A stretch of 58,778 nucleotides of DNA, filler included. It is 3 parts of 3 records of this genome, joined end to end, with 100 filler letters (N's around TTAATTAATTAA, not from the genome) between each part and the next. Parts side by side here need not be neighbours in the genome. Positions count along the whole stretch, not along the records: positions 1 to 25,100 come from SRR2962707_5467; positions 25,201 to 40,320 come from SRR2962707_5478; 1 more part is not named here. One strand, given 5' to 3'. The position numbers and the translations under genes were made by a program. Under the pieces are notes generated by a model. The model was not told the origin of the DNA. It searched no databases and saw nothing but the letters and a program-made list of their open reading frames with translations. This document shows, in pieces, positions 20,556-31,244 of this stretch; within the stretch, counting starts at the first letter, position 1, and each line of letters starts with the position of its first letter.

Positions 20556-21194
20556 TCAGAACTTCATGCCGATACCGAGGCGAACCGAATGATCGTCAAA
20601 GCCCGACGACACGTTTGTGCCACCCAGGTTGTAGTCCTTTGACTGATAGTCGGTGTAGCGATACTCAACACGCGTGGTGATGGTGTCGGTCAGGAACGCT
20701 TCTGCGCCTGCACCAACGGTCCAACCCAGGTGCGTTTTGTCATCCGAACCAACCGCATTGGTAAGCTCTGCCCGTGTGGCTGCAAGACCACCAGTTGCGT
20801 AGATCAGGAACGGATTGACGTCCATACCGATGCGGGCACGGAGCGAACCGTTGAAGCCCTGCTTGCCGCTCAGAGCTGCACTGGAGAAGTCCGCACCGGA
20901 ATAGCCGACATCAGCTTCCGCGCCGTAGACGATATTGTCAGACTGCCAGTTGTAACCGCCGTAGAGACCACCGCCGAAACCATTGGCATCTTCAGCTGGA
21001 GCAGCGTCGAACTCACCCCATTTGTACTCGCCATAACCACCGATATAACCGCCGGACCACAGATAGGCCTGCGGTGCAACCTCAGCCATAGGCGGCTCAG
21101 GTGGCTGTTCGATGATCGCGTCCGCGGCCAGCACGGGAGCGGCAAGCGACACGGAAAATGCTGCGGCCAGCAGTGCCAGTTTACGAATACGCAT
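20556..21194 (-). CDS. Omp25/RopB family outer-membrane beta-barrel protein
   Basis: Signal peptide, AADAI, WSGGYIG, GWTVGAGAE, RVEYRYTD and C-terminal Phe; start 21194. Confidence 0.92.
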   Translation of the reverse strand: MRIRKLALLAAAFSVSLAAPVLAADAIIEQPPEPPMAEVAPQAYLWSGGYIGGYGEYKWGEFDAAPAEDANGFGGGLYGGYNWQSDNIVYGAEADVGYSGADFSSAALSGKQGFNGSLRARIGMDVNPFLIYATGGLAATRAELTNAVGSDDKTHLGWTVGAGAEAFLTDTITTRVEYRYTDYQSKDYNLGGTNVSSGFDDHSVRLGIGMKF

Positions 21195-21469
21195 TTTATT
21201 CTCCTTGTTTAGACTGACCCGATACAAACAGCGGGTCTGAAACTCCGGGGCATTGGGATGCATGCCTTCCGACGAGGTCCAAGATGGAGATTGAATGCGG
21301 CGGCGTAAGAGCAGGATTGTGAAGACTCCGCGGCAGAAAAAGGGCAAGGTCAGCTGTTGCTTTCGGGCAACATTTTAGCTGTTGCCCCGCCCCCCAATCC
21401 ATTGCGAATAGAGCGCCATGGCCTATATGAAGGCTAACCGAGTGAAACCGTGAGCGTTGATTCCCAAGC

Positions 21470-22408
21470 ATGTTGAGCATTCTGACCCTGATCGCGGGCC
21501 TGGTCGTCCTTGTTTTCGCTGGTGACTACCTGGTGCGCGGTGCGGTTGCCCTTGCCGAGAAACTCTCGATCGACCCTTTGATCATCGGCCTGACAATTGT
21601 GGCCTTCGGAACCTCCGCCCCGGAGTTGTTTGTGTCTTTACAGGCAGCTTTCGACAATGTGTCCGGAATCGCCGTCGGCAATATCGTCGGTTCAAATATT
21701 GCCAACGTTCTTCTGGTGCTTGGCGCGCCGGCACTGCTGATGAGCGTCAACTGCCGGGAAAAGGGCATTGGCTCATCCCTGGCGGTGATGGTCGTCATGA
21801 CGCTGACGCTGATGGTGATGATGTGGTTCGGTCCACTGAGCCGGCTCGACGGCGCAATTCTGCTGGTGATGATCGCCGCCTATCTCGGTTGGCAGATCAA
21901 GGCCGCGCGGGAATGCGACATGGCAGCCGTGCCTGATTACCATGATGACGTTGCCGATCTGCCGCAACAGGGCTGGAAGACGACCCTGTTCATTGTCGGC
22001 GGATTGATCGGCCTGCCGGTCGGAGCGTGGCTGACCGTCGATGGCGCCTCCCATATTGCGCGCATGCTCGGGGCGACTGAAACCGTCATCGGACTGACCA
22101 TCGTGGCGATCGGCACTTCGCTGCCTGAACTGGTAACCTCGGTGATGGCGGCGTGGCGCAAATCCGGCGCGGTGGCGATCGGCAATGTGGTCGGTTCCAA
22201 TATCTTCAATATCGGCCTGATACTGGGCGGCACCTCCGTCATTCTACCGCTGGAGGTGGATCAGCGCATCGTGTCGATCGACATGTGGGTGATGCTGGCC
22301 GCAAGCCTGCTCGTCGTGGCGCTGGCCCATTGGAACGTGCCGATCAAAAAGCTTGGCGGCGTGGCTATGCTTGTGGCTTTTGCGGCCTATATCCTCTCGG
22401 TATTCTGA
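21470..22408 (+). CDS. Calcium/sodium antiporter (CaCA, YrbG-like)
   Basis: Two alpha repeats, GTSAPE..GSNIAN and GTSLPE..GSNIFN. Confidence 0.93.
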   Translation: MLSILTLIAGLVVLVFAGDYLVRGAVALAEKLSIDPLIIGLTIVAFGTSAPELFVSLQAAFDNVSGIAVGNIVGSNIANVLLVLGAPALLMSVNCREKGIGSSLAVMVVMTLTLMVMMWFGPLSRLDGAILLVMIAAYLGWQIKAARECDMAAVPDYHDDVADLPQQGWKTTLFIVGGLIGLPVGAWLTVDGASHIARMLGATETVIGLTIVAIGTSLPELVTSVMAAWRKSGAVAIGNVVGSNIFNIGLILGGTSVILPLEVDQRIVSIDMWVMLAASLLVVALAHWNVPIKKLGGVAMLVAFAAYILSVF

Positions 22409-22456
22409 TATTTGATGATTGCCGCCCAACCGTGGCAAGATGAACCGGGAACCAGC

Positions 22457-23224
22457 ATGACATCTTCCAAGCGGACAGTTCTTGTCACAGGTGCTGCGCG
22501 CCGCATCGGCAAGGCGATTGCACTGGATCTGGCCGCCCACGGCTACACGATCGCCATTCATGCCAATCGCAGCGCCCAGGAAGCGGAGGCTGTGGCCGGT
22601 ATGATCCGGGATGCCGGCGGCGTAGCGGAGGTGTTTCTGGCCGATCTTTCAGATGGCAATGCCGTTCGCGCGCTTCATGATCAGGTGAGCAGCCAGCTTG
22701 GTGCGCCCGATATCATCGTCAACAACGCCTCGGTGTTCGAGGATGATGATGTGCGCAGCTTTGACGAAGAGCGGTTCGACAGGCACTTCGCCATCCATCT
22801 CAAGGCTCCTGCAATCCTTGCCGAGGCAATGGCTGCTGCGAACCTGCCCGATGATCGTGAGGGATTGATCGTCAACATAATCGACCAGCGCGTATGGAAA
22901 CTGACGCCGCGGTTCTTTTCCTACACCCTGTCAAAGGCAGCGCTGTGGACGGCGACACAGACCATGGCCCAGGCTCTGGCGCCCCGCATCCGGGTCAACG
23001 CCATCGGCCCCGGCCCGACGCTCGCCAATGAACGCCAGAAAGCCGATGATTTTGCCAGACAGGCAGGCGCGGTCCCGCTTGAGCGCGGGCCTGAACTGGC
23101 CGAATTCGGCGCCACCATCCGGTACCTGCACGACACACGCTCGGTGACAGGGCAAATGATTGCACTCGATGGCGGACAGCATCTCGCTTGGGAAACGCCT
23201 GATGTGGTCGGTGTCGGAGAATAG
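22457..23224 (+). CDS. SDR oxidoreductase (pteridine-reductase-like)
   Basis: TGAARRIG, VNNAS, YTLSK, RVNAIGPG and DGG motifs. Confidence 0.9.
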   Translation: MTSSKRTVLVTGAARRIGKAIALDLAAHGYTIAIHANRSAQEAEAVAGMIRDAGGVAEVFLADLSDGNAVRALHDQVSSQLGAPDIIVNNASVFEDDDVRSFDEERFDRHFAIHLKAPAILAEAMAAANLPDDREGLIVNIIDQRVWKLTPRFFSYTLSKAALWTATQTMAQALAPRIRVNAIGPGPTLANERQKADDFARQAGAVPLERGPELAEFGATIRYLHDTRSVTGQMIALDGGQHLAWETPDVVGVGE

Positions 23225-23446
23225 CCCAACAGCGGCTTTTCAAAGGGGTGATCCCGTCAGGTAAATATGACCCCGAAGCGCAGCGTTTTAAACGCTCTGC
23301 TTTTGCCATCGCTTCCATTGATGCTTCCAATTTGGCAAGTGCCATATCTGGGCAGGAAAACCCGCTGGCATATGTTGGGCCCGCGGCATCGCGCGATTAT
23401 AAGCAATCCCTAAACATATGATTATTTTACCTTTTTCCCAAAAACA

Positions 23447-23462
23447 TTAACAAGAATTTTAC
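23447..23462 (+). promoter_or_regulatory. CtrA-type box (TTAA-N7-TTTAC)
   Basis: One mismatch from TTAA-N7-TTAAC, about 100 bp upstream of the flagellin gene. Confidence 0.5.
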
Positions 23463-23557
23463 CAACAACACAACATTTTAGGGAGTGAAAAGGCACGGGA
23501 TCGAATGTCAAACGCCGTCCTCCGCGTTGGTTTTGGCGCGGTAACCAGAGTGAGTCC

Positions 23558-24529
23558 ATGACAAGTATCTTGACGAATAATGCGGCCATGAGCGCACTTC
23601 AAACGCTGCGGACAATAAACTCACAAATGAACACCACGCAATCGCGTGTCTCCAGCGGCTATCGCGTCGAAACGGCTGCGGACAATGCGGCCTACTGGTC
23701 AATCGCCACGACAATGCGATCGGACAATTTGGCGCTCTCCGCTGTCGAAGATGCCCTGGCTCTCGGCGCAGCAACAATTGATACCGCCTATACCGGGATG
23801 GACGCGGCGATCGAGGTGATGGACGAGGTCAAGGCGAAGCTTGTGGTCTCGCGAGAACCGGGCGTAGACAAGACCAAGGTCAACAAGGAACTGACCGAAC
23901 TCAAGGAACAACTGCGCTCGATTGTCGACTCTGCCACTTTCAACGGCGAGAACTGGCTGGAGTGGAATACCGGCGCCGACTCGGACGACAAGTCGCTGGT
24001 CTCCTCATTTGTCCGCAATCAGGATGGATCGGTATCGATCGGCACGATTGTCTATGACATCACTACAGGTGCCGGCATCACCGGCATCAACTATCTTGTC
24101 GACAATGGCGGGGCTGGAGAATTCGGCATCCTGACAAGCGATGCTTTCGCCACATCAGTCGGAGCCGGGTCCGCCTATGTGCTTTTCAAAGGCGCAACAA
24201 ACCCTGGATCCACGGTCGAAATGGTGCTTGATCAGTCGACAACCGACGCTCAGGTCGATGACATGATCAAGACCGTTGACGCGATGCTGCAAAGAATGAC
24301 CGACGTCGCCTCCAATATGGGCGCGCTCAAATCCCGTGTCGATTTGCAAAGCGAGTTTGTATCAAACCTGCGCGACACGATCGAAACCGGCATCGGAAAG
24401 CTCGTCGACGCCGACATGAATGAGGAATCGACGCGGCTGAAAGCTTTGCAGACACAGGCCCAACTGGGCCTGCAATCGCTTTCTATCGCCAACAACAATT
24501 CGCAAAACATTCTTTCGCTGTTCCAGTAG
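23558..24529 (+). CDS. Flagellin (Rhizobiales type)
   Basis: MTSILTNNAAMSALQTLR, ADNAAYWSIATTMRSD, LVDADMNEESTRLKALQ and ILSLFQ. Confidence 0.96.
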   Translation: MTSILTNNAAMSALQTLRTINSQMNTTQSRVSSGYRVETAADNAAYWSIATTMRSDNLALSAVEDALALGAATIDTAYTGMDAAIEVMDEVKAKLVVSREPGVDKTKVNKELTELKEQLRSIVDSATFNGENWLEWNTGADSDDKSLVSSFVRNQDGSVSIGTIVYDITTGAGITGINYLVDNGGAGEFGILTSDAFATSVGAGSAYVLFKGATNPGSTVEMVLDQSTTDAQVDDMIKTVDAMLQRMTDVASNMGALKSRVDLQSEFVSNLRDTIETGIGKLVDADMNEESTRLKALQTQAQLGLQSLSIANNNSQNILSLFQ

Positions 24530-24788
24530 CGCACCCCTGACCTTCTGAAATCATTAGAACTGTGACCGGTCGTCTATCTCACTTTTACGGACCGCTCTTC
24601 AGCGCAGTCAGATGCGGCCGGCCTCGCAATTGATATTAAAACAGTCCTTTTGGATGAACCGGTCGGCCAGCCAGCCATCGATCAGGTGTGCGGAACGCTT
24701 GATAAAACACTCTGCTGACGCCAAATGACAGGATCTTGAGTAAACCCTCTCTTGCCCGCACAGCGCCGGGCGTTGATAAGATCGGTCA

Positions 24789-25100
24789 ATGACTCGCACG
24801 CCTGACCAGACCTCCCCCAAACCTTCCAAAGCCGCGGCGAAAACCGACGGCGGCGTGATCTATGCGGAAACGGATCAGGAAGACGACGAGCAGGCGGAGA
24901 TTGAAGCTCCCCTTCCCGTCGACGTGGCGTCTGTCGCGGGCATGGAGTGGAACGAAAGTCCCGGCCTCACAGAAGGCCTGAAAGGCGCGGAGGTCATTCA
25001 GGCCTTCGTCAAGCACCTGCCCAATCAACCCGGCGTCTACCGGATGATGAACGAGGCTGGCGATGTGCTCTATGTCGGCAAGGCGCGCAGCCTGAAGAAG
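24789..25100 (+). CDS. uvrC: Excinuclease ABC subunit C, 5' fragment (contig end)
   Basis: GIY-YIG start [10 protein letters not shown]...[12 protein letters not shown]. Confidence 0.93.
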
Positions 25101-25200
25101 NNNNNNNNNNNNNNNNNNNNNNNNNNNNNNNNNNNNNNNNNNNNTTAATTAATTAANNNNNNNNNNNNNNNNNNNNNNNNNNNNNNNNNNNNNNNNNNNN
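25101..25200. other. Artificial contig spacer (N44-TTAATTAATTAA-N44)
   Basis: N runs with a six-frame stop linker; composition and gene style change across it. Confidence 0.98.
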
Positions 25201-25230
25201 AAAAAAACCGATCCTAGGATCGGTTTTTTT
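25201..25230 (-). terminator. Rho-independent terminator downstream of trxB (bidirectional form)
   Basis: AAAAAAACCGATCCTAGGATCGGTTTTTTT. Confidence 0.85.
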
Positions 25231-25269
25231 GTGTTCTCAATTCAGTAACCCGCTATTCTAAATAGCCAA

Positions 25270-26289
<1,020 letters not shown>

Positions 26290-26379
26290 CTAACGAATCT
26301 GCGCCAAAATGCTTAGCGAAAAATATTAATAACTAAAATAGGGACCTTCTATGGCTTTTCAAGCGCGGCGTTTTCCCAC

Positions 26380-27132
26380 CTAGGCCGTTTGGCTACCGCA
26401 AAATGCGCATTCTGGGTCTTGGGTTACACGCATTTCACGCCACCGCCCTTCCATGCCATCAAATAACTTCAGCAAGCCATGCTCTACTCGGCCGCAACCG
26501 CTGGCGATCTTGAGTGCGTCCAATGCCTGCAACACCCCCAAAGAACCCACCACAGGCCCTATCACGCCACTTTCACTGCAACTTAACTGATTGTCAGACA
26601 TAGAAGGATAAAGGCATTCATAACAAGGAGATGCGTTCTGATCATAGAGAAAGCTAATCAATTGCCCTTCCCAACGAATCGCCGCGGCGCTCACTAACGG
26701 TGTCTTTGCATTGAAGCACGCACGGTGGATACTTTGACGAGCTTGATAATTGTCTGTGCAATCCAATACCACACTCGCTTTGGCCACAGCCTGAGACAAC
26801 GGATCCCCTGCTAAATGCTCCGTGATGGCTTGAATACGACTTTCTGAGTTTTTTGCGAGCAATTCCACCTTTGCCGCCTGAGCTTTGTTGCTCCCAAGGT
26901 GGCCTTCGTTATAAAGCACTTGTCGCGGTAAATTACTGAGCTCTAGATGGTCGCCATCTGCTAGTATTAATTCACCCACACCAGCACTTGCTAAATAGGT
27001 GGCAGCAATATTACCCAAGCCTCCCATGCCGATGACCAAAACCGTCGCACTCGATAAGGCAAGCTGCCCCTCAATATCAAAGTTAGGCAGTAAAAGTTGT
27101 CGACTGTATCGATCTAGCTGTGATTCGTTCAT
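26380..27132 (-). CDS. moeB: MoeB/ThiF family adenylyltransferase
   Basis: RYSRQ, GMGGLG, SNLPRQ, DCTDN and two CxxC motifs (CYEC, CAFC). Confidence 0.85.
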   Translation of the reverse strand: MNESQLDRYSRQLLLPNFDIEGQLALSSATVLVIGMGGLGNIAATYLASAGVGELILADGDHLELSNLPRQVLYNEGHLGSNKAQAAKVELLAKNSESRIQAITEHLAGDPLSQAVAKASVVLDCTDNYQARQSIHRACFNAKTPLVSAAAIRWEGQLISFLYDQNASPCYECLYPSMSDNQLSCSESGVIGPVVGSLGVLQALDALKIASGCGRVEHGLLKLFDGMEGRWREMRVTQDPECAFCGSQTA

Positions 27133-27218
27133 TTTTCTCTTACATTTATTTTAGATAACTGCCCGAATGGTCAATGTTTTGATAAAATAAAACCATTAAC
27201 TTATCAGCGGACAAAAGT

Positions 27219-28517
27219 ATGAAATTCCCAGGTAGACGTAAAATCAAACACTATTTTCCAGTTTCTGAAGCAAAGCCTATTTTGCCTACCTCTGAAGTTC
27301 GCCCTGATAAAGACACCTATATTGTCGGGCTAGACGAAACCATTGTCGATGTTATTGCCAATATCTCTGACGATTTTTTAACGACCTTTAACATTCAAAA
27401 GGGGTTATCAAATCTGGTCGATGTGGATACCGCATCAGCGATCTACAAAGAGCTGACCGCTCAGCAGAGTATTTCTGATCATTTTGCTGGCGGTACGATC
27501 GGCAACACCATTCACAATTATTCGGTTTTAGCCGATGACAAATCCGTACTACTCGGCGTAATGTCTGCCAACATCGCACTGGGCTCCCCTGCTTATCACT
27601 ACATTTGCCACACCAGCAGCAAGGTCGATATGAACCACTTGCAAGGAGTAAATGGTGACATTGGCCGTGGCATCACCCTTATCACTCCAGATGGCGAGCG
27701 CACCTTTGCGATTGCACCAGGCGATATGGACGAACTGAGCCATGAGCATATTCCGGAAGACATTATTGCTGGCGCGGCGGCCTTTGTGAGCTGCGCCTAT
27801 CCACTACGTCACCAAGGAAAACCCATTAAACAAGCGATGCTGAGCGCCATGGCATACGCCAACAAACATCACATTCCAACGGTGTTAACGCTTGGTACAA
27901 AGCACCTCGTCGACGACCATCGCGATGAGCTGCTTGAGCTGATCAAACGTGATGTCAATGTGTTGGCAATGAACGAGCTGGAAGCGGAAGCACTCACTGG
28001 CTTCTCAGACCCGTTGCAAGCCGCCGATGCGATTCTCGACTACGTAGACATGGTTCTGCTCACTGCAGGCCCTGACGGTTTGTATTTGTGTGGCCATACA
28101 GAAAACACGCTAAAACGAGAAACCACCAACCCGATAAAATCCGCCGATGTTGCAGATTTCAATCGCTGGGAATTCAGCCGTCCAATGATGCGCCAAGCCT
28201 GTGAAAACCCGATTAAGGTATTTTCTCACATTGACCCTTACATGGGTGGCCCTGAGAAAATCCGTAATACCAATGGTGCTGGGGATGGCGCCTTATCGGC
28301 GTTACTGCACGACATTTCAGCCAACCATTTTCATCGTGAGGCGCAACCCAACTCCAGCAAACACGCAGCACCTTTCCTTGCCTACTCATCTTTTGCCCAG
28401 ATTTGTAAATACGCAAACCGTGTGAGTTATGAGATTCTGGCGCAAAGCGCACCCCGTCTTTCCCGCGGCCTACCCGAAAGAGAAGACAGCTTAGAAGAAG
28501 CCTACTGGGATCGCTAA
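27219..28517 (+). CDS. gsk: Inosine/guanosine kinase
   Basis: MKFPGRRKIKHYFPV N-terminus, NTNGAGDGAL and PRLSRGLPEREDSLEEAYWDR. Confidence 0.95.
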   Translation: MKFPGRRKIKHYFPVSEAKPILPTSEVRPDKDTYIVGLDETIVDVIANISDDFLTTFNIQKGLSNLVDVDTASAIYKELTAQQSISDHFAGGTIGNTIHNYSVLADDKSVLLGVMSANIALGSPAYHYICHTSSKVDMNHLQGVNGDIGRGITLITPDGERTFAIAPGDMDELSHEHIPEDIIAGAAAFVSCAYPLRHQGKPIKQAMLSAMAYANKHHIPTVLTLGTKHLVDDHRDELLELIKRDVNVLAMNELEAEALTGFSDPLQAADAILDYVDMVLLTAGPDGLYLCGHTENTLKRETTNPIKSADVADFNRWEFSRPMMRQACENPIKVFSHIDPYMGGPEKIRNTNGAGDGALSALLHDISANHFHREAQPNSSKHAAPFLAYSSFAQICKYANRVSYEILAQSAPRLSRGLPEREDSLEEAYWDR

Positions 28518-28534
28518 ACAAGAAAAGCAGACAC

Positions 28535-28565
28535 AAAAAAAACCATGCTCAGCATGGTTTTTTTT
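28535..28565. terminator. Bidirectional terminator between gsk and cheW
   Basis: A8-CCATGCTCAGCATGG-T8. Confidence 0.88.
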
Positions 28566-28600
28566 GGCTCATATTTCGAGCTTAATCGTGATCTATTCGC

Positions 28601-29107
28601 TTACATGGCTTCGATGCCAAGCGCTTCATTGCGCTCAAACATGCGATCAAGTTCCAGCAAAATAACCAACTCATCGTCTTTTTGGTAAACACCTTGGATA
28701 AACTTCAGTGCTTCGTCATTACCGACGCTTGGGCTCTGCTCAATTTCACCTTGGTAGAGGTAAAACACTTCTTGAACAGCGTCCACTAATAGACCAATTT
28801 GCTCTCCATCATGCTCAATAATGATGATACGAGTATCATCCGTAATCGTGCATTCTGGCAAACCGAAACGGACACGCGTATCCACTACAGTAACCACATT
28901 ACCACGTAGATTCACTATGCCTAACACATAAGAAGGCGCACCAGGCACTGGAGCTATTTCACTGTAGCGAAGCACTTCTTTGATTTGTAAAACATTAATG
29001 CCGTAAGTTTCATCGATCAATTTAAAGGTAAGATATTGTAGCAATTCACCTTTTTTGCTTTCCGCTAAGGCTTTTCCAGATTCTTTCATAGGCGCCAATT
29101 CTGACAT
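28601..29107 (-). CDS. cheW: Chemotaxis coupling protein CheW
   Basis: YGINVLQIKEV, PVPGAP..VLGIVNLRGNVV and GLLVDAV motifs. Confidence 0.95.
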   Translation of the reverse strand: MSELAPMKESGKALAESKKGELLQYLTFKLIDETYGINVLQIKEVLRYSEIAPVPGAPSYVLGIVNLRGNVVTVVDTRVRFGLPECTITDDTRIIIIEHDGEQIGLLVDAVQEVFYLYQGEIEQSPSVGNDEALKFIQGVYQKDDELVILLELDRMFERNEALGIEAM

Positions 29108-29140
29108 GACTTACATCCATATTCGATTTTATTAAAACAA

Positions 29141-29175
29141 TAACGCGGAGCCATCTTATCAATGACTCCGCGTTA
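29141..29175 (-). terminator. Probable terminator after the Tim44 gene
   Basis: TAACGCGGAG...CTCCGCGTTA stem followed by a T-rich tract on the minus strand. Confidence 0.65.
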
Positions 29176-29200
29176 AACCTAGCTCAGAGAGACTCGACTA

Positions 29201-30067
29201 TTAACTGTCTTGTTCAATACCAACAATCGTCCAGTTGCCTTTCTCATCCGACATGTTCTTTTCCAAATGCCAAACTTCATTGGTATCAGAAGTCTGATCA
29301 CCTTCTTTGATCCAGCCTGAGAATTTTAGCGAGATGGACGCAATAGAGCCAATAAACTCACCACGTACAAGCTCAACCATCAATGAAATCACTTCAGTGC
29401 GAGGCATATTCTCACCATGCTTCGCTCTTTCTTCTTGAAGCATGACAAAAAGGTCTGCACTGACGTAGCTGCGAATTTCATCAAAGTCGTTATTGTCCCA
29501 TGCTTTTTGCAAAGCGATGTAATGATTTTTCGCTTCCGCAACAAACGCTTGTTCATTAAAGCCCGGTGGCAGTTGAAACTCTGGCTGACCACCAAAACCT
29601 GGCACGCCAGACATAGGCGATGGCGTAAACTGATCACGCGTCGAAGCCGGTGTTTCACGGTTCATAGTGGTACCGTAACCAGCGGCTTGAGCCTGTGCTG
29701 CACGACGCTTTGGCGCGATGAAAAACTTATAGATCAAGAAGCCAATCACAGCGAATAATAAAATGTCGCCGAATGAAATGCCGTCAAATGCGCCACTGCC
29801 CATCAAGGCAGCAAAAATACCACCTGCCAACAAACCACCCAGTAAACCGCCGCCTAGGCCGCCAAGAAAACCACTTTTCTTAGGCGCTGTGGTATTCGTC
29901 GCTTTAGGGATAGTAGATGTGTTGCTGCTTTTAGATTTAGAAAAAGAAAAACTTTTCCCGAAGCTCTTACCGCCGCCAAATTTTTTCGCTTGAACGTCAG
30001 CACTAAAACCACCAACCCCCATCGCTAAAACAAACGCCATTAACATGGCATATACAGTCGATTTCAC
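29201..30067 (-). CDS. Tim44-domain protein
   Basis: AKKFGGGKSFG, Gly-rich TM region, ALQKAWD and EVWHL..W.IVGIEQ; GTG start at 30067 inferred from the RBS. Confidence 0.88.
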   Translation of the reverse strand: MKSTVYAMLMAFVLAMGVGGFSADVQAKKFGGGKSFGKSFSFSKSKSSNTSTIPKATNTTAPKKSGFLGGLGGGLLGGLLAGGIFAALMGSGAFDGISFGDILLFAVIGFLIYKFFIAPKRRAAQAQAAGYGTTMNRETPASTRDQFTPSPMSGVPGFGGQPEFQLPPGFNEQAFVAEAKNHYIALQKAWDNNDFDEIRSYVSADLFVMLQEERAKHGENMPRTEVISLMVELVRGEFIGSIASISLKFSGWIKEGDQTSDTNEVWHLEKNMSDEKGNWTIVGIEQDS

Positions 30068-30080
30068 AAAACTCTCCAAT

Positions 30081-31088
30081 TTATTTGAAATTTACAAGAC
30101 CCACGGCATTGCGAAGGTCTGAAATGAATCCACGCACACGAGCTCGTGCTTTTTCTGCACCAGCTTGAAGGATTTCTTCAACCTGAGCAGGATTCGCCAT
30201 CAGTTCTAGATATTTTTCACGAGGCTCAGCTAGTTGACCATTGATCAACTCAAAAAGTTCCTTCTTCGCTTGGCCCCAAGCAATACCATCTGCAAATTTC
30301 TGACGCATTTCAGCGGTTTGTTCCGGTGTGGCAAACGCTTTATAGATATCAAACACTGTAGAGTCGTTTGGATCTTTCGCTTCGCCTGGCTCTAATAAGT
30401 TGGTTTTGATTTTATTAATGCCTTTTTGAAGCTTTTTCTCAGTATCAAAAAGAGGAATCGTGTTGTTGTAACTCTTACTCATTTTGCGGCCGTCTAAGCC
30501 TTTCAAAATCGAACCTTCTTCACCAACAACCGCTTCAGGTAAGGTAAAGTGCTGGCCGAACAAGTGGTTAAAACGGCCTGCGATATCACGCGCCATTTCA
30601 ATGTGCTGAATTTGGTCACGACCCACAGGCACTTTATTGGCATTAAACGCCAAAATATCCGCCGCCATTAGCACTGGGTAGCAGAACAAGCCCATGGTGA
30701 TGCCAAAATCAGGGTCTTGGCTATCGGCAAGGTTGGCGTCTACTGCCCCTTTGTAGGCGTGCGCTCGGTTCATCAAACCTTTTGAAGTAACACAAGTCAG
30801 TAGCCAGTTCAGTTCAGCAATTTCTGGAATATCGGATTGACGGTAAAATGTCGCTTTGTCTGTGTCCAAGCCACACGCTAGCCAGGTCGCGGCAATCTCT
30901 TGGCGAGATTGTTGAACACGTGCTGGATCTTGGCATTTGATCAAAGCATGGTAATCCGCCATAAAAAAGTAAGCATCCGTGTTGTCTTGACGGCTTGCTT
31001 CAATTGCAGGACGAATAGCACCCACGTAGTTGCCTAAGTGTGGTGTACCTGAAGTTGTAATACCGGTTAAAACAATTTCTTTTGCCAT
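30081..31088 (-). CDS. trpS: Tryptophan-tRNA ligase
   Basis: HLGN, MAADIL, VPVGRDQ and KMSKS motifs. Confidence 0.96.
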   Translation of the reverse strand: MAKEIVLTGITTSGTPHLGNYVGAIRPAIEASRQDNTDAYFFMADYHALIKCQDPARVQQSRQEIAATWLACGLDTDKATFYRQSDIPEIAELNWLLTCVTSKGLMNRAHAYKGAVDANLADSQDPDFGITMGLFCYPVLMAADILAFNANKVPVGRDQIQHIEMARDIAGRFNHLFGQHFTLPEAVVGEEGSILKGLDGRKMSKSYNNTIPLFDTEKKLQKGINKIKTNLLEPGEAKDPNDSTVFDIYKAFATPEQTAEMRQKFADGIAWGQAKKELFELINGQLAEPREKYLELMANPAQVEEILQAGAEKARARVRGFISDLRNAVGLVNFK

Positions 31089-31244
31089 TACTGCTACTAC
31101 TCTCTTTCTACTGTATTTAGTGTCGAAATTTACGCTTACCCTACCATAAAAGAATCACAGCAAGAATCTTACAAAAGCCTTATATTGCCTTTCTAACGTA
31201 TTGGACAATGAAGTTTTCTATTAATGGTGCCAAATATTCTATTA

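Noticed and set aside
25145-25156. TTAATTAATTAA as a biological palindrome or CtrA site (also at 40365-40376)
   Set aside because: It is a synthetic six-frame stop linker embedded in N runs.
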